A stretch of 64,000 nt of DNA, taken from NCBI GenBank assembly GCA_964354495.1, contig CAYHAA010000001.1, positions 257,870 through 321,869 on the forward strand. The letters are read 5' to 3'. Source of the DNA: an uncultured archaeon. GTDB taxonomy: Archaea; Asgardarchaeota; Thorarchaeia; Thorarchaeales; Thorarchaeaceae. The translations under genes and the position numbers were made by a program. Below the pieces are notes generated by a model. The model worked only from the letters and a program-made list of their open reading frames with translations, did not search any database and was not told the origin of the DNA. The first letter of the stretch is position 1; each line of letters begins with the position of its first letter. Below, in pieces: positions 52,724 to 61,986 of this stretch.

Positions 52724-54058
52724 ATGACCAAAACTGCGGGCAACCAACGAATTTCCAGTGGTCCAGAGGCAATCAAAAAAGCCCTAGAGGCTCTGCTCAA
52801 ATATCAGAATTCATCAATGTCAATGAGACGTGTCTTGCGAGAGATGCGGACAGAGTCAGCACCAGAGCAGTATACTCTTCATGAGCCACTTGCTCTCGGT
52901 GTCATTAGATATCTGAACACGATTGATTTCCTGCTGGCTCGCTCTCTCGGTTCCATCAGACCTCAAGACTTGACACCCCGTGATAGGAATCTACTACGCC
53001 TGGCCATCTATGACGTTCGTTGGCTGGACTCAGCTGACATTCTGGAGTACACCAAGGGCTTGGATTCCTCTTTATGTGAGGTATTAAGCAAGGCGATCAA
53101 TCTCGATTTTGATGCTACTATTGCACATTTGCCAAAGGTGAATCAGGAGAGTCTACGATATTCTCACCCCACATTCATTGTAGAGACCCTTCATGCGCAC
53201 TTGGGAGAACGCGATACATATCAGCTTCTCTCCGCCAACAATAGGTCTCATGTCTATTACCTACGACCGAATAAGCATCGAGAAGGGTTTGAGGAGTCAA
53301 TCGAGAAGTTGCAGGAATTAGGGGTTCGTTTGACACCTGACTCGAGTGTGCAAGATCTGCTCCGTATATCAGGTGATGTCAATGCAGTTATTTCTTCTGA
53401 GCCCTTTCAGAATGGAGCTGTACTGATTCATGACAAAGCAAGTATATTGACTGCAAAGGCACTTCACGCTTCTCAGGGAGAGGTCATTTGGGATGCCTGT
53501 GCCGCACCGGGGATGAAAACGCATCTCCTCACTGAGATAATGAATAATACTGGCAGGGTCGTTGCTTCTGATGTATACGCAGATCGTGTCAGGTCCGCCA
53601 AAAAGCGATCCGAATTCCTTGGTGTGAGAAATGTATGTTGGGTGCAGGCTGATGCCTCTAAGATGAAGGTGAAGGGAGCTCGTAGAATCCTCATCGATGC
53701 TCCATGTTCTTCCACGGGCATGATTCAAGGCCATCCCTCATTCAAATGGCGGCTTAACAAAGAAGTCCTCATGTCTATCATGTCAGTACAGCATAAGATA
53801 CTCGATGGTGTCCTGAGCGCCTACAGAGATGAACCGGGCACAGAGATTGTCTATGCCACATGTTCGATTCTCCCTCACGAAGGTGAGTCTCAGATAGATT
53901 CTGTCATGAGTACACATAACATCGAACTCATTGATACGGAGATAAGAGGAGATGCAGGCTATGATGGTTTTCAGTGTTCTGAAATGGTCCGAAGGCTGTT
54001 TCCACACAAGCATCAAACAAGCGGATTCTTCATAGCTCGGATGCGGATTGTGCAGTGA
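52724..54058 (+). CDS. NOL1/NOP2/Sun-family RNA cytosine-C5 methyltransferase
   Basis: The SAM site is VIWDACAAPGMKTHL. Motif IV is ILIDAPCSSTGM and motif VI is VYATCSILPHEGE. An N-terminal NusB/PUA-like RNA-binding region is present. Confidence 0.75.
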   Translation: MTKTAGNQRISSGPEAIKKALEALLKYQNSSMSMRRVLREMRTESAPEQYTLHEPLALGVIRYLNTIDFLLARSLGSIRPQDLTPRDRNLLRLAIYDVRWLDSADILEYTKGLDSSLCEVLSKAINLDFDATIAHLPKVNQESLRYSHPTFIVETLHAHLGERDTYQLLSANNRSHVYYLRPNKHREGFEESIEKLQELGVRLTPDSSVQDLLRISGDVNAVISSEPFQNGAVLIHDKASILTAKALHASQGEVIWDACAAPGMKTHLLTEIMNNTGRVVASDVYADRVRSAKKRSEFLGVRNVCWVQADASKMKVKGARRILIDAPCSSTGMIQGHPSFKWRLNKEVLMSIMSVQHKILDGVLSAYRDEPGTEIVYATCSILPHEGESQIDSVMSTHNIELIDTEIRGDAGYDGFQCSEMVRRLFPHKHQTSGFFIARMRIVQ

Positions 54059-54986
54059 TTCGTCTTTCGATGGACTCCATTACTCGTCGAGCGAACTCCC
54101 TGTCATCCTTGAATGACCATGGTATCTTGAGGAAAAGCTTGTTGGCACTGATCATCATGTCTTCGTCGCGACTTACGAGGGCTTTGAAGAGGATTCTTGT
54201 CCATATGAAGCACGGATGCTCTTGGAACTCCTGATTCTTCTTAGAGGTGGCTGCGATATCAGTGAGGTAAGCAATTCCCTCTTTGGGTTTGCCCAACATC
54301 AGGTCTGCGAGTGCTCCCATGCAAGCCAAGATAACTGCATTCTTAGTCATCCCTGACTCGATGTACGACTTTGCTCCTTCCTTGTACTCCTCAGCCTTCT
54401 TTTCATAGAGTGCCCGGCCATGACTAATGATGAGGTCTTTGCCCTCATTCTTATCCGCTTTCTTTAATGAGACACCCCCGTGAACTGCAGCCTTGAGTTC
54501 AATCTGCATATCGCTCATAGGAGTTGTTTCGTTTAGTTTACGCATCTTCTCTACGATATCTGTACCGGCCTTCACAAGTATCTGTTTGATCACGGGGTTG
54601 TTCAATGAGATATCTTTCTTCTGTAATCCGTTTTCATAAGATACCCTTGCGGCTCGAAAGAAGTCATAAGCTCTGTCAGTGAGATTGTTCTTGATTGCGA
54701 AATCGATAGCTTTGACATATGCTAGAATGGCATTGTCTGTTTCATTCAGATTTTCAAACTGCCCTGCTGCCTCAATAATCCAAGGAAACGCATCTGTGCT
54801 ATTCATTTCGATTGCTTGTTGTCCCCTCGAGAGAGAACTATAGGCATCAACACAAATTGTGGCAATGTCATGTTTTTGGCACTTTGCAGCTATTTCGATT
54901 TTTGAGAGGCTTCCACCTCTAAGTCTGCACATGCTGGCTCCTGTCTCTTTGATGCCGAACCATGTGCAATTCTCATCGCCTGACAA
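54030..54986 (-). CDS. Hypothetical helical-repeat (TPR-like) protein, 318 aa
   Basis: Repeated amphipathic helix pairs. No enzymatic motif. It is convergent with the NSUN gene, overlapping its 3' end by 29 nt. Confidence 0.4.
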   Translation of the reverse strand: MSGDENCTWFGIKETGASMCRLRGGSLSKIEIAAKCQKHDIATICVDAYSSLSRGQQAIEMNSTDAFPWIIEAAGQFENLNETDNAILAYVKAIDFAIKNNLTDRAYDFFRAARVSYENGLQKKDISLNNPVIKQILVKAGTDIVEKMRKLNETTPMSDMQIELKAAVHGGVSLKKADKNEGKDLIISHGRALYEKKAEEYKEGAKSYIESGMTKNAVILACMGALADLMLGKPKEGIAYLTDIAATSKKNQEFQEHPCFIWTRILFKALVSRDEDMMISANKLFLKIPWSFKDDREFARRVMESIERRITAQSASEL

Positions 54987-55099
54987 CAGATCTCACTCCA
55001 AGCATCACTATCATTCTGTTTTCTGAGTTAAAAAACAAACCCTCGTTATATCGTTACCTTTAAACCCTAACCTAGGGGGCAATTAGTGAGGTTCCCAAG

Positions 55100-55507
55100 G
55101 TGTCAGACGATGATACCGAGCTTGCAATCATTCGCCGTAAGAAAATGGCTGAACTAGTGGCGCGAGAGAAGAGATCGCAGGAAACCAAGGTACAGAATCA
55201 GAAGATCAACGTGGAGCGCGAGAAGGTTCTGAAACGTTTTCTTGACCCTGCCGCTGCATCGTATCTTGAAGGTCTCAAAACACGTGAACCCGAAGTGGGA
55301 AACAGGATACAGGATATAATCCTCCATTTAATAGTCAATCGTGGTCTACGCCAAACAATCACACAGACTGATGTACGATACATTGAACGGCAAATCAAGG
55401 GTGAGGAACCAACAATTCGCGTACAACGCGACGGCGAAATCTCTGACTTTGGTTCATATGTCCGTGAAGCCATCAAAAAGAATAGCAGCGATTCAGAATC
55501 AAATTAG
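55100..55507 (+). CDS. PDCD5/TFAR19-family dsDNA-binding protein
   Basis: ELAIIRRKKMAELVAREKRSQE...EREKVLKRFLDPAAASYLEGLKTREPEVGNRIQDIILHLIVNRGL follows the PDCD5 helical-bundle consensus. GTG start, with a TATA-like CTTTAAAC ~38 bp upstream. Confidence 0.6.
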   Translation: MSDDDTELAIIRRKKMAELVAREKRSQETKVQNQKINVEREKVLKRFLDPAAASYLEGLKTREPEVGNRIQDIILHLIVNRGLRQTITQTDVRYIERQIKGEEPTIRVQRDGEISDFGSYVREAIKKNSSDSESN

Positions 55508-56433
55508 CCCAAAGCCTGTGCACGAGCCTTCCATTCTCTAATGGTATATTGTAGTTCCTCTACACTACCTGAGTGTTTTTTCCAGGAATCAGCAGTTCTC
55601 ATCATCTGGAAGATAAGGGCTCCACCTCTTGCGAGTTTCTGCTCGAGAACCTCGACTGCTGTCTCTATTGCGAGGACAATGCTCTTGTTGTCATCTGTCT
55701 TCTGCAGGAGCTCTTCGAGTTCTTCGAAAACTTGGGGAGGATCAAGTTGTATCCACTTGTCCCTTGGTACGATTACTTCTCTGTACTTGACTGCTGGAAT
55801 AACGGTATGCCCTTCTCTTATCTCAACTTCGCCGTCAGTCTGAAGGGCTTCACAGTACTTTAGGGCTTGCGTCATATCAAGGACAAGACTCGAAGCGATC
55901 TCCTCCAATCGCACCGTCTTTCGATTTAGGACCATATTCAAGATTCGATATTTTTGGTCTCCATATTCCGACAAGACTTGCCTAAGCTTTTCTTGAGCGC
56001 CTTCTCCCTGATTCAGGACTGAGGTGGCAGCTTGCGAGAGGATTTTCAAGTCTTCTCTCAGTTTCTCAATCGTCATCTCTGCATGTGCCAGGTTGTTTCT
56101 CAGAGTCTGGCTCTCTGACTGTGGTTGTTTTTTCGCCAGAAGATGTATCTGCTCGGATTTGATACCTTGCATCTCCTTGCCAACCGTTTCAAGTGCTCCC
56201 TTTGTTTTTGCGAGCTGAGATTCGAGCATCTTAATCTGAGATTCACGTTCTGCAAGAGATGCCTCCAATTCGGTAACTTGCGTTCCTAGCTGATTTGTTC
56301 TCTTTTGAGACCCGTTGAGCTGAGCCTGCAGAGCATCTACCTTCTGATTAAGGGAAGCAATCTGCACAGTCTTTTCGCGTAGTCGTTGGTTGATGTCTTC
56401 TGACATGACAATTCCACTAGTTTGTGCATCCAT
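55504..56433 (-). CDS. Coiled-coil protein with C-terminal winged-helix-like domain
   Basis: The N-terminal ~150 aa have a Q/L/E/K heptad pattern. YRILNMVLNRKTVRLEEIASSLVLDMTQALKYCEALQTDGEVEI resembles a wH module. Confidence 0.45.
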   Translation of the reverse strand: MDAQTSGIVMSEDINQRLREKTVQIASLNQKVDALQAQLNGSQKRTNQLGTQVTELEASLAERESQIKMLESQLAKTKGALETVGKEMQGIKSEQIHLLAKKQPQSESQTLRNNLAHAEMTIEKLREDLKILSQAATSVLNQGEGAQEKLRQVLSEYGDQKYRILNMVLNRKTVRLEEIASSLVLDMTQALKYCEALQTDGEVEIREGHTVIPAVKYREVIVPRDKWIQLDPPQVFEELEELLQKTDDNKSIVLAIETAVEVLEQKLARGGALIFQMMRTADSWKKHSGSVEELQYTIREWKARAQALG

Positions 56434-56452
56434 CGATAATTAAAGGAGCTTC

Positions 56453-57238
56453 GTGCAAACTTGGAATCCCTTGGAGAATCTGCAATTGAACCCATTCGAT
56501 GCACACACTCATATCGATATGAAGCAGTTTCAAACAGACCTTGAGAGTGTAGTTCAGAGAGCCCGTGATGCAGGACTTGTGGGAATGGTGTCGTCTTCCA
56601 TGGGCCCTGAATCGTTCCGAAGAACGATGGGTATCATGAAGAAGCACACGGACTTCATCTATCACTCGGCAGGATGCTCCGTTTCTCAGCTTACTGGAGA
56701 AGATGCTACCAGTATTATCGAGCTTGCCCAGAGGCATTCAAAGGAAATTGTGGCAATTGGGGAGGTTGGCCTGGACTACTACTGGATAAAGGATACTCTT
56801 GGGCGAGAAGCGCAGGAGCCCCTGTTTTCGCATTTCATTGAGCTTGCTAAGGAGTTGAACCTGCCAATTGTCATTCATTCTAGGAAGGCTGAGGAAAGAG
56901 CCACGGAAATGCTCGAGGATCAGTTTTCGGGTGATGTGCTGATGCACTGCTTTGATGGCTCTCCTCAAGTGGCTCGACGTATTGCAGATAATGGGTGGCA
57001 CATAACACTTCCAGCGAACTTTGATAGATACCGAAATCGGATCGCTGCCGCAAAGATTGTTCCCCTCGAGCAGATTCTCACGGAGACCGATGGTCCCTAT
57101 CTCTCTCCTACTCCTAATCGTAATGAACCAGCTAATGTTCAGTATGGTTGCGAGGCTTTGAGTAGTGCTCTCGGTATATCGGTTGATGACGTTGCTATGG
57201 CGACGACTAACAATGCAAAACGATTTTATCGCTTGTAG
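56453..57238 (+). CDS. TatD-family metal-dependent hydrolase/DNase
   Basis: FDAHTHIDM is the N-terminal TatD metal-binding motif. Downstream His and Asp residues are at the expected TIM-barrel positions. Length 261 aa. Confidence 0.8.
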   Translation: MQTWNPLENLQLNPFDAHTHIDMKQFQTDLESVVQRARDAGLVGMVSSSMGPESFRRTMGIMKKHTDFIYHSAGCSVSQLTGEDATSIIELAQRHSKEIVAIGEVGLDYYWIKDTLGREAQEPLFSHFIELAKELNLPIVIHSRKAEERATEMLEDQFSGDVLMHCFDGSPQVARRIADNGWHITLPANFDRYRNRIAAAKIVPLEQILTETDGPYLSPTPNRNEPANVQYGCEALSSALGISVDDVAMATTNNAKRFYRL

Positions 57239-57276
57239 TTGATAGTACAAGATTGCATTGTTGAGGAAGGTCCAAT

Positions 57277-58068
57277 ATGTACCAGCGTCGATACCTAGAA
57301 GTGAATGGCGAATCTCTCAAGCAGCCCGTGGCTCTTGTCGGTTTCCCTGGAATCGCGGATGTCGGTAGAATTGCCGTAGAGACCCTGATTCGGGTCCTAG
57401 ACGCAGAACACATGTGCGATCTCTTCAGTAAGGACTTTCCACCACGAGTGCTAGTGCAGAATGGCATAAGTGCGATTCCAAGGGCGAGTATCTATCTATA
57501 TCGGGCTGCGCCTGATGAGCCGCATGATTTACTCATTCTCACAGCGGACTATCAGCCATCGACGAGTGCTGGTGTCTATGAGTTTGCAGATTTCATAGCT
57601 GGCGAATACAGCGCACTTGGAGTCAAGGAATTGTTTGCTCTTGCTGCCTATGAACAGAGCTATGAAGACTACTTCAACTCATACCCTGCGCCTCCACGAA
57701 TCTATGTGTCTGCTAGCTCAGAGGAAATGCTTGGTAGACTTTCAGCATCGGGCAATGTTGAAGTTATTAAAGAAGGCTCGATTGTCGGAGCAAATGGTGT
57801 GATACCCTCCTGGGCCTCAACGCTATACAACATGGATGGAGCGTGCTTGCTAGGCGAAACACTCGGAGTGATTAAGACTGATTACCGCGCTGCAAAGGCT
57901 GTTCTGGAAAAGACAGTGAGTATCGTCGGTATGACCGCGGATTTTGACGAAATGGACTCCGAGATTACTAAGGTAACTCAACTCATAGAATGGGCAAGGC
58001 AGGAAATCAGCCAGAAAAAGGGACCATCTCAAGACGATAGTAGTCCTTCAGACCTGTACATCGGATAG
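57277..58068 (+). CDS. PAC2-family proteasome assembly chaperone-like protein
   Basis: PVALVGFPGIADVGRIAVETLIR matches the conserved N-terminal block of archaeal PAC2 proteins. Length ~260 aa. Confidence 0.5.
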   Translation: MYQRRYLEVNGESLKQPVALVGFPGIADVGRIAVETLIRVLDAEHMCDLFSKDFPPRVLVQNGISAIPRASIYLYRAAPDEPHDLLILTADYQPSTSAGVYEFADFIAGEYSALGVKELFALAAYEQSYEDYFNSYPAPPRIYVSASSEEMLGRLSASGNVEVIKEGSIVGANGVIPSWASTLYNMDGACLLGETLGVIKTDYRAAKAVLEKTVSIVGMTADFDEMDSEITKVTQLIEWARQEISQKKGPSQDDSSPSDLYIG

Positions 58069-58069
58069 C

Positions 58070-58261
58070 CTATTCGACAGAGTCCGGATGAAGAATATCA
58101 GTGATCCATGCCTGACTATCAAGATTAATGTAGAAATAATGCTCATCATGTTTGACCTTGACTGTGTATGGAAACCTGTTCGCTTTCTTTAGCACGTCCG
58201 GAGGCACTCTGAGCAACGTTCTTTTCTGGCAGACAGGGCATTTTGCATATCTCTCAAACAT
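58070..58261 (-). CDS. Small zinc-finger-like protein (63 aa; Cx2C ... Hx2H)
   Basis: CPVCQK is followed by KVKHDEH. It lies 20 nt downstream of the 58282..58572 gene on the same strand. Confidence 0.35.
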   Translation of the reverse strand: MFERYAKCPVCQKRTLLRVPPDVLKKANRFPYTVKVKHDEHYFYINLDSQAWITDILHPDSVE

Positions 58262-58281
58262 AGTTACCCCTCGTATAGATC

Positions 58282-58572
58282 TTACCCAACTTTCGAGTCT
58301 GTACTCAGAATAAGCAGTGCGTTATTAGTTTCAGGTTCCTCAAGCGCGTTTGTGAACGCTCGAATCACATTCTCGGGAGATTGTTGAGCCAGTTCTTCGG
58401 AGTCCGTGGCAACTATTCTGAGGTTCTCGTAGATACCTGTTTCTGCAAGCACTCTGAACTCAGCATCTTCATTCTTCACCTGCAAAATCAGGAAGCCAGC
58501 AAAGTCCTTGAACTCGTCTCTTGGTCCTCTGAGTCGTGCTGACACCCTCTCGACTCTGCCTTTCTCTTTCAT
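58282..58572 (-). CDS. Hypothetical small protein (96 aa from first ATG)
   Basis: ATG at 58572 (MKEKGRVERV...). The ORF track starts at a GTG at 58599. It has an alternating beta/alpha pattern. It is divergent from the membrane protein at 58828. Confidence 0.35.
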   Translation of the reverse strand: MKEKGRVERVSARLRGPRDEFKDFAGFLILQVKNEDAEFRVLAETGIYENLRIVATDSEELAQQSPENVIRAFTNALEEPETNNALLILSTDSKVG

Positions 58573-58827
58573 GCTATTCAGAAGATATGCTCGTATCACT
58601 TGGTTTCCGACCTTTCGCCTAATGTCAATGAATTCTTCAACGGATGAGTCTTCTATGACGAGTTTCCATGTCGAGTCGGATATAGTCTTACACCATTATA
58701 ACACCAATCAAGAGCAGATATAGAGATTGTCTGGGCGTATCGAGAAGCCTGTCAATGCTGCGGAATAACCTTATTTGTTAGCGCGCAATCCAGTTTAGTT
58801 CAGAAGGACAAGGATGTAGTAGTTGCC

Positions 58828-59535
58828 ATGATGCAGACTGTAGACATGATTATCCGAGAAGTCCAAGCGGGACTATGGTTTCTCGTTGTTGGCTATTACT
58901 TTTTCATCTTCATCTTCTTGTTGTTTTTCAGATGGAGAAACACGAGGAATCCATTTCAGCTTGCCATGGCTCTCTTCTTCCTCCTTTTGGCCATAGGCCG
59001 ATGTTTCTACTTTATCGGCGATTTCTACGCGGATCCAAGAAGTCTGGCAGTGGGTCTTACTCCCTATCTTGGTGTTTCAGACTTCTGGCTGATGGGAGGA
59101 TCCTTTTTCCAATGGATGGCTTTGGCAATCCTCTCTGCAACAGCAGGTTTTATGATTCTGGGAAAACGATGGGCGGAGATTGCGTTTGCGGTGCCCGCAG
59201 TAGCTATCGGAGTTGCTCTTGGTTTTGTGCCTTTGGAAGCCACATTTAGAGGACTTCTCGCTGGAGTCGCAGGATTTGTTTATGCACTCTTCATACCGTT
59301 GCTCTTCTGGTACCTGGCCTACCAGTCTGGGGGAAGATTGCGAAGGTCGAATATTCTCTTGGGATTAGGCTTCTTCGTTCTCTTTGCAGGTAGAGTAATT
59401 CACTCGATCAGATATCCGATAGCCGATGCCTATTTTGGAGGTTCAATCGCAGTACCGGGCGTGATTGCTCCCGGTCTCGAAGTCATTGGTCTCATTCTGA
59501 TTGCCACAGGAAATGAATGGGGACAATCAGTATAA
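58828..59535 (+). CDS. Integral membrane protein (6-7 TM helices)
   Basis: Multiple long hydrophobic segments throughout. No soluble domain. Confidence 0.45.
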   Translation: MMQTVDMIIREVQAGLWFLVVGYYFFIFIFLLFFRWRNTRNPFQLAMALFFLLLAIGRCFYFIGDFYADPRSLAVGLTPYLGVSDFWLMGGSFFQWMALAILSATAGFMILGKRWAEIAFAVPAVAIGVALGFVPLEATFRGLLAGVAGFVYALFIPLLFWYLAYQSGGRLRRSNILLGLGFFVLFAGRVIHSIRYPIADAYFGGSIAVPGVIAPGLEVIGLILIATGNEWGQSV

Positions 59536-59600
59536 TTCAATTCACAGCAGATAGTGACGCTAGAATATCATTCAGGGGAACACAGAAGAGGAAAACTGAC

Positions 59601-60212
59601 TCAACCTATCTGTTTCCATTCGAGCATTTTCATATCCTCGAGTGTATGAAGCGACTTCTGAACTTCCTTAGTATGTCTACCAAGTTGATCAGCGATGTTT
59701 TGCGTTGTCAACATGCCTTTGCACATCTTGGCAACATCATACGTATCTTGGCTCATTTGGCCGAGTCTCACAAGCATCGGCGATACTCTTCCTTTTAGCA
59801 CTGGCACAACAATCTTGGTTTCAGACGCGTGTCCGTCCTTTGTGATTTCATCGAGACTCTTGTTGAACTTCTCGAAAGGCTCCAAGTTGCCGTCCCAAGT
59901 CACAAGCATTGCCCCGTAGATGCTAACGAATTCGTTGTTGACCTCGGCTAGAACTGCCATTGCCGCGTTTCCGTCGTCTACCTTGTCGACAATTGCCGCA
60001 ACTATGACATTGTCCTTTAGGGAGAGACAGATATCAAAGGCACCAAAGTCAATCACATGGACTCTGTTTCCATAGCTCAGTTCTCGGCCAAACTGAATCA
60101 GAGCAGTCAGAAATCCACTGATCAAGTTCGGATCCATATCTGCTGACCCGTATTTTCTATCCAGAACACAAAGTCCACTGTCAGCGACCAATATGTAGAC
60201 AGCTTGAATCAT
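59601..60212 (-). CDS. Roadblock/LC7- or longin-like domain fused to C-terminal winged-helix (MarR/TrmB-like)
   Basis: N-terminal beta-alpha-beta-beta-alpha pattern: AVYILVADSGLCVLD / DPNLISGFLTALIQFGREL / RVHVIDFGAFDICLSLKD / VIVAAIVDKVDD / NAAMAVLAEVNNEF. The C-terminal LTTQNIADQLGRHTKEVQKSLHTLEDMKMLE is a wHTH. Confidence 0.45.
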   Translation of the reverse strand: MIQAVYILVADSGLCVLDRKYGSADMDPNLISGFLTALIQFGRELSYGNRVHVIDFGAFDICLSLKDNVIVAAIVDKVDDGNAAMAVLAEVNNEFVSIYGAMLVTWDGNLEPFEKFNKSLDEITKDGHASETKIVVPVLKGRVSPMLVRLGQMSQDTYDVAKMCKGMLTTQNIADQLGRHTKEVQKSLHTLEDMKMLEWKQIG

Positions 60213-60272
60213 GTAAATCTCTCACTGCTTTAGTTTGAACCAATTAGCTCGCGTTTCTTTATAGAACTTTAT

Positions 60273-61037
60273 GTGGTCGCCTCTTACTATTGGAGAGGTT
60301 TATCAGCGGGCATGTTCTTGCAGGAAACGGTGAATGGATTGGACACAGCAAAGGATGCCAGGATTCTCGTTATGGAGGATGCGCTGCATCGGCTCAATGA
60401 AATCATCGTGAATAGGAAACTGAAGTTCCATGCCGAGTATTCTAGACTCTCAGAAACACTCCAAAATGCTGGCGGTCTGATTTACGAGGTGAAATACTCC
60501 TATTTGTCTGCGGTACAGGTGGCAGACCTCGAAGCAACACGGAAGATTGTCGATAGCATTGCAGGCTTCAAGAGAATAATAGAGCAATCCATGAAGTCTA
60601 CAGGATACAAGCCTGCGACACCAAGAGAATCTCTTGTTCAAGCTGAACTATCTTATTCCTTCAGGATTGCTGAGGGACTCCAAAACAGGCTCAGAAGCTA
60701 TGACGATGATCCAGCTCATGCGGTGGATATCCTTGCCGTTGAGATAAGCCAGAGCCAATCCATTCCGGATTCAAAAAACCTCACAGAATGCCGATGCACC
60801 GACGGCATCAGAATCTGGAGGATTGCGACTAATCTCCCTGGAATCAAGAATGGCACAAGATTGGCTTGCGCTATTCTCCCTCCTGTCGACATGATGAACA
60901 CGGTTAGTGAGGCTATGTTTCTAGGCAGCGCACCCCTGCCACCATCCACAGAGCTTGGTGTTCTCAAGAATCCTTCATCATCAATGCTCGACCAAGCGCG
61001 AGCTCAAGCGATTCATATCATCAAGAGGATGACATAG
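60273..61037 (+). CDS. Hypothetical protein (254 aa)
   Basis: Clean ORF. The probable start is internal, at MFLQETVNG. No motif recognised. Confidence 0.4.
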   Translation: MVASYYWRGLSAGMFLQETVNGLDTAKDARILVMEDALHRLNEIIVNRKLKFHAEYSRLSETLQNAGGLIYEVKYSYLSAVQVADLEATRKIVDSIAGFKRIIEQSMKSTGYKPATPRESLVQAELSYSFRIAEGLQNRLRSYDDDPAHAVDILAVEISQSQSIPDSKNLTECRCTDGIRIWRIATNLPGIKNGTRLACAILPPVDMMNTVSEAMFLGSAPLPPSTELGVLKNPSSSMLDQARAQAIHIIKRMT

Positions 61038-61379
61038 ATGCAATTCAAAGAGATACAAGCGAGGCTCGATGCTTTTGAGAAGTCACGCGGCTGGAACAAG
61101 TTCCCCGCCTCTCTTGTCTTCACTCATCTCATCGAGGAACTGGGAGAGATATCCAGATACATCACAGTAGAGGAAGGATACAAAGCCATAGGTCTTGGTC
61201 ACAAGGCACCGGAGAATTCCGAGCTGCATAGAGAGTTCGCACAGGTCTTCAATCTACTCGCACAACTTGCCAATCATTTCGAAATTGATCTAGAGGATAG
61301 CATTCTCTCAGAGCTCTCTATAATGGAAGAGCGATTCTCTGCTAAAGAATGGTCTGAGTACATGAAGAATCGTCGATAG
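61038..61379 (+). CDS. MazG-like nucleotide pyrophosphohydrolase (single-domain)
   Basis: HLIEELGEISRY carries the EExxE metal-binding motif. FAQVFNLLAQLANHFEIDLEDSI carries E..D in the second helix. Length 113 aa. It starts 1 nt after the previous gene. Confidence 0.6.
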   Translation: MQFKEIQARLDAFEKSRGWNKFPASLVFTHLIEELGEISRYITVEEGYKAIGLGHKAPENSELHREFAQVFNLLAQLANHFEIDLEDSILSELSIMEERFSAKEWSEYMKNRR

Positions 61380-61381
61380 CA

Positions 61382-61813
61382 CTAACTCAGCTTTCTGCTT
61401 GTTTCAAGTGCTTTCTTGGCCATGTCTTCAAGATCCTTTGTTGCTGCAAGGAGACCGAGGGCCTTATTGCGAACCTGAGTAATGTTTTTCTCTTTGGCCC
61501 ATTGAGCTAGACCTGTCACGAGCGGCGAAAGTGCCGTTCTTGCAGCCTCAACAGTTCCGACTGCCTTTCCAAGGAGTTCAACACCATGCTTCTTGTCCTT
61601 CCCTGCCTCAGCCACTCTGAGCCAGACAAGTGCGTGAATCATGTATAAGGCATCTAGCATCAAGGTGGGCGATTTAGGATTGTCTTGTACTTTTTTCAGA
61701 AGCCGTTCCTGTCGGTCCTCGAATACATCCTTGAAATAGCCGAATGCCTTACTGTCGTTTCCTTTGTCAAGTTCGATGATGCCCTTCTGTAGTTTTTCGT
61801 CACTCTCTGACAA
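61382..61813 (-). CDS. Hypothetical all-alpha protein (143 aa)
   Basis: ORF with helical, Lys/Ala/Leu-rich composition, convergent with MazG. No motif recognised. Confidence 0.4.
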   Translation of the reverse strand: MSESDEKLQKGIIELDKGNDSKAFGYFKDVFEDRQERLLKKVQDNPKSPTLMLDALYMIHALVWLRVAEAGKDKKHGVELLGKAVGTVEAARTALSPLVTGLAQWAKEKNITQVRNKALGLLAATKDLEDMAKKALETSRKLS

Positions 61814-61986
61814 TACTATATCGCTCCTTAGTCAGAATATCTGTGTAGATTGATGACTATGAACGCATCTATTATGATTTTCGACTCTCTGTTTAAGTGT
61901 GTGTAACACCCTTTCTTCTGCTCACAAAGCTATTATGGGGGATTTTTTAATAGGCACCCGTCGAATATGTCTTTGGAGGACAACGA

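Noticed and set aside
58282-58599. Calling the 96/105-aa protein a Roadblock/LC7 or Gar1-like RNA-binding protein
   Set aside because: It has an alternating beta/alpha pattern, but the order of elements does not match Roadblock, and the N-terminus lacks the Gar1 GKVLHVS-GNLIV signature. I left it as hypothetical.
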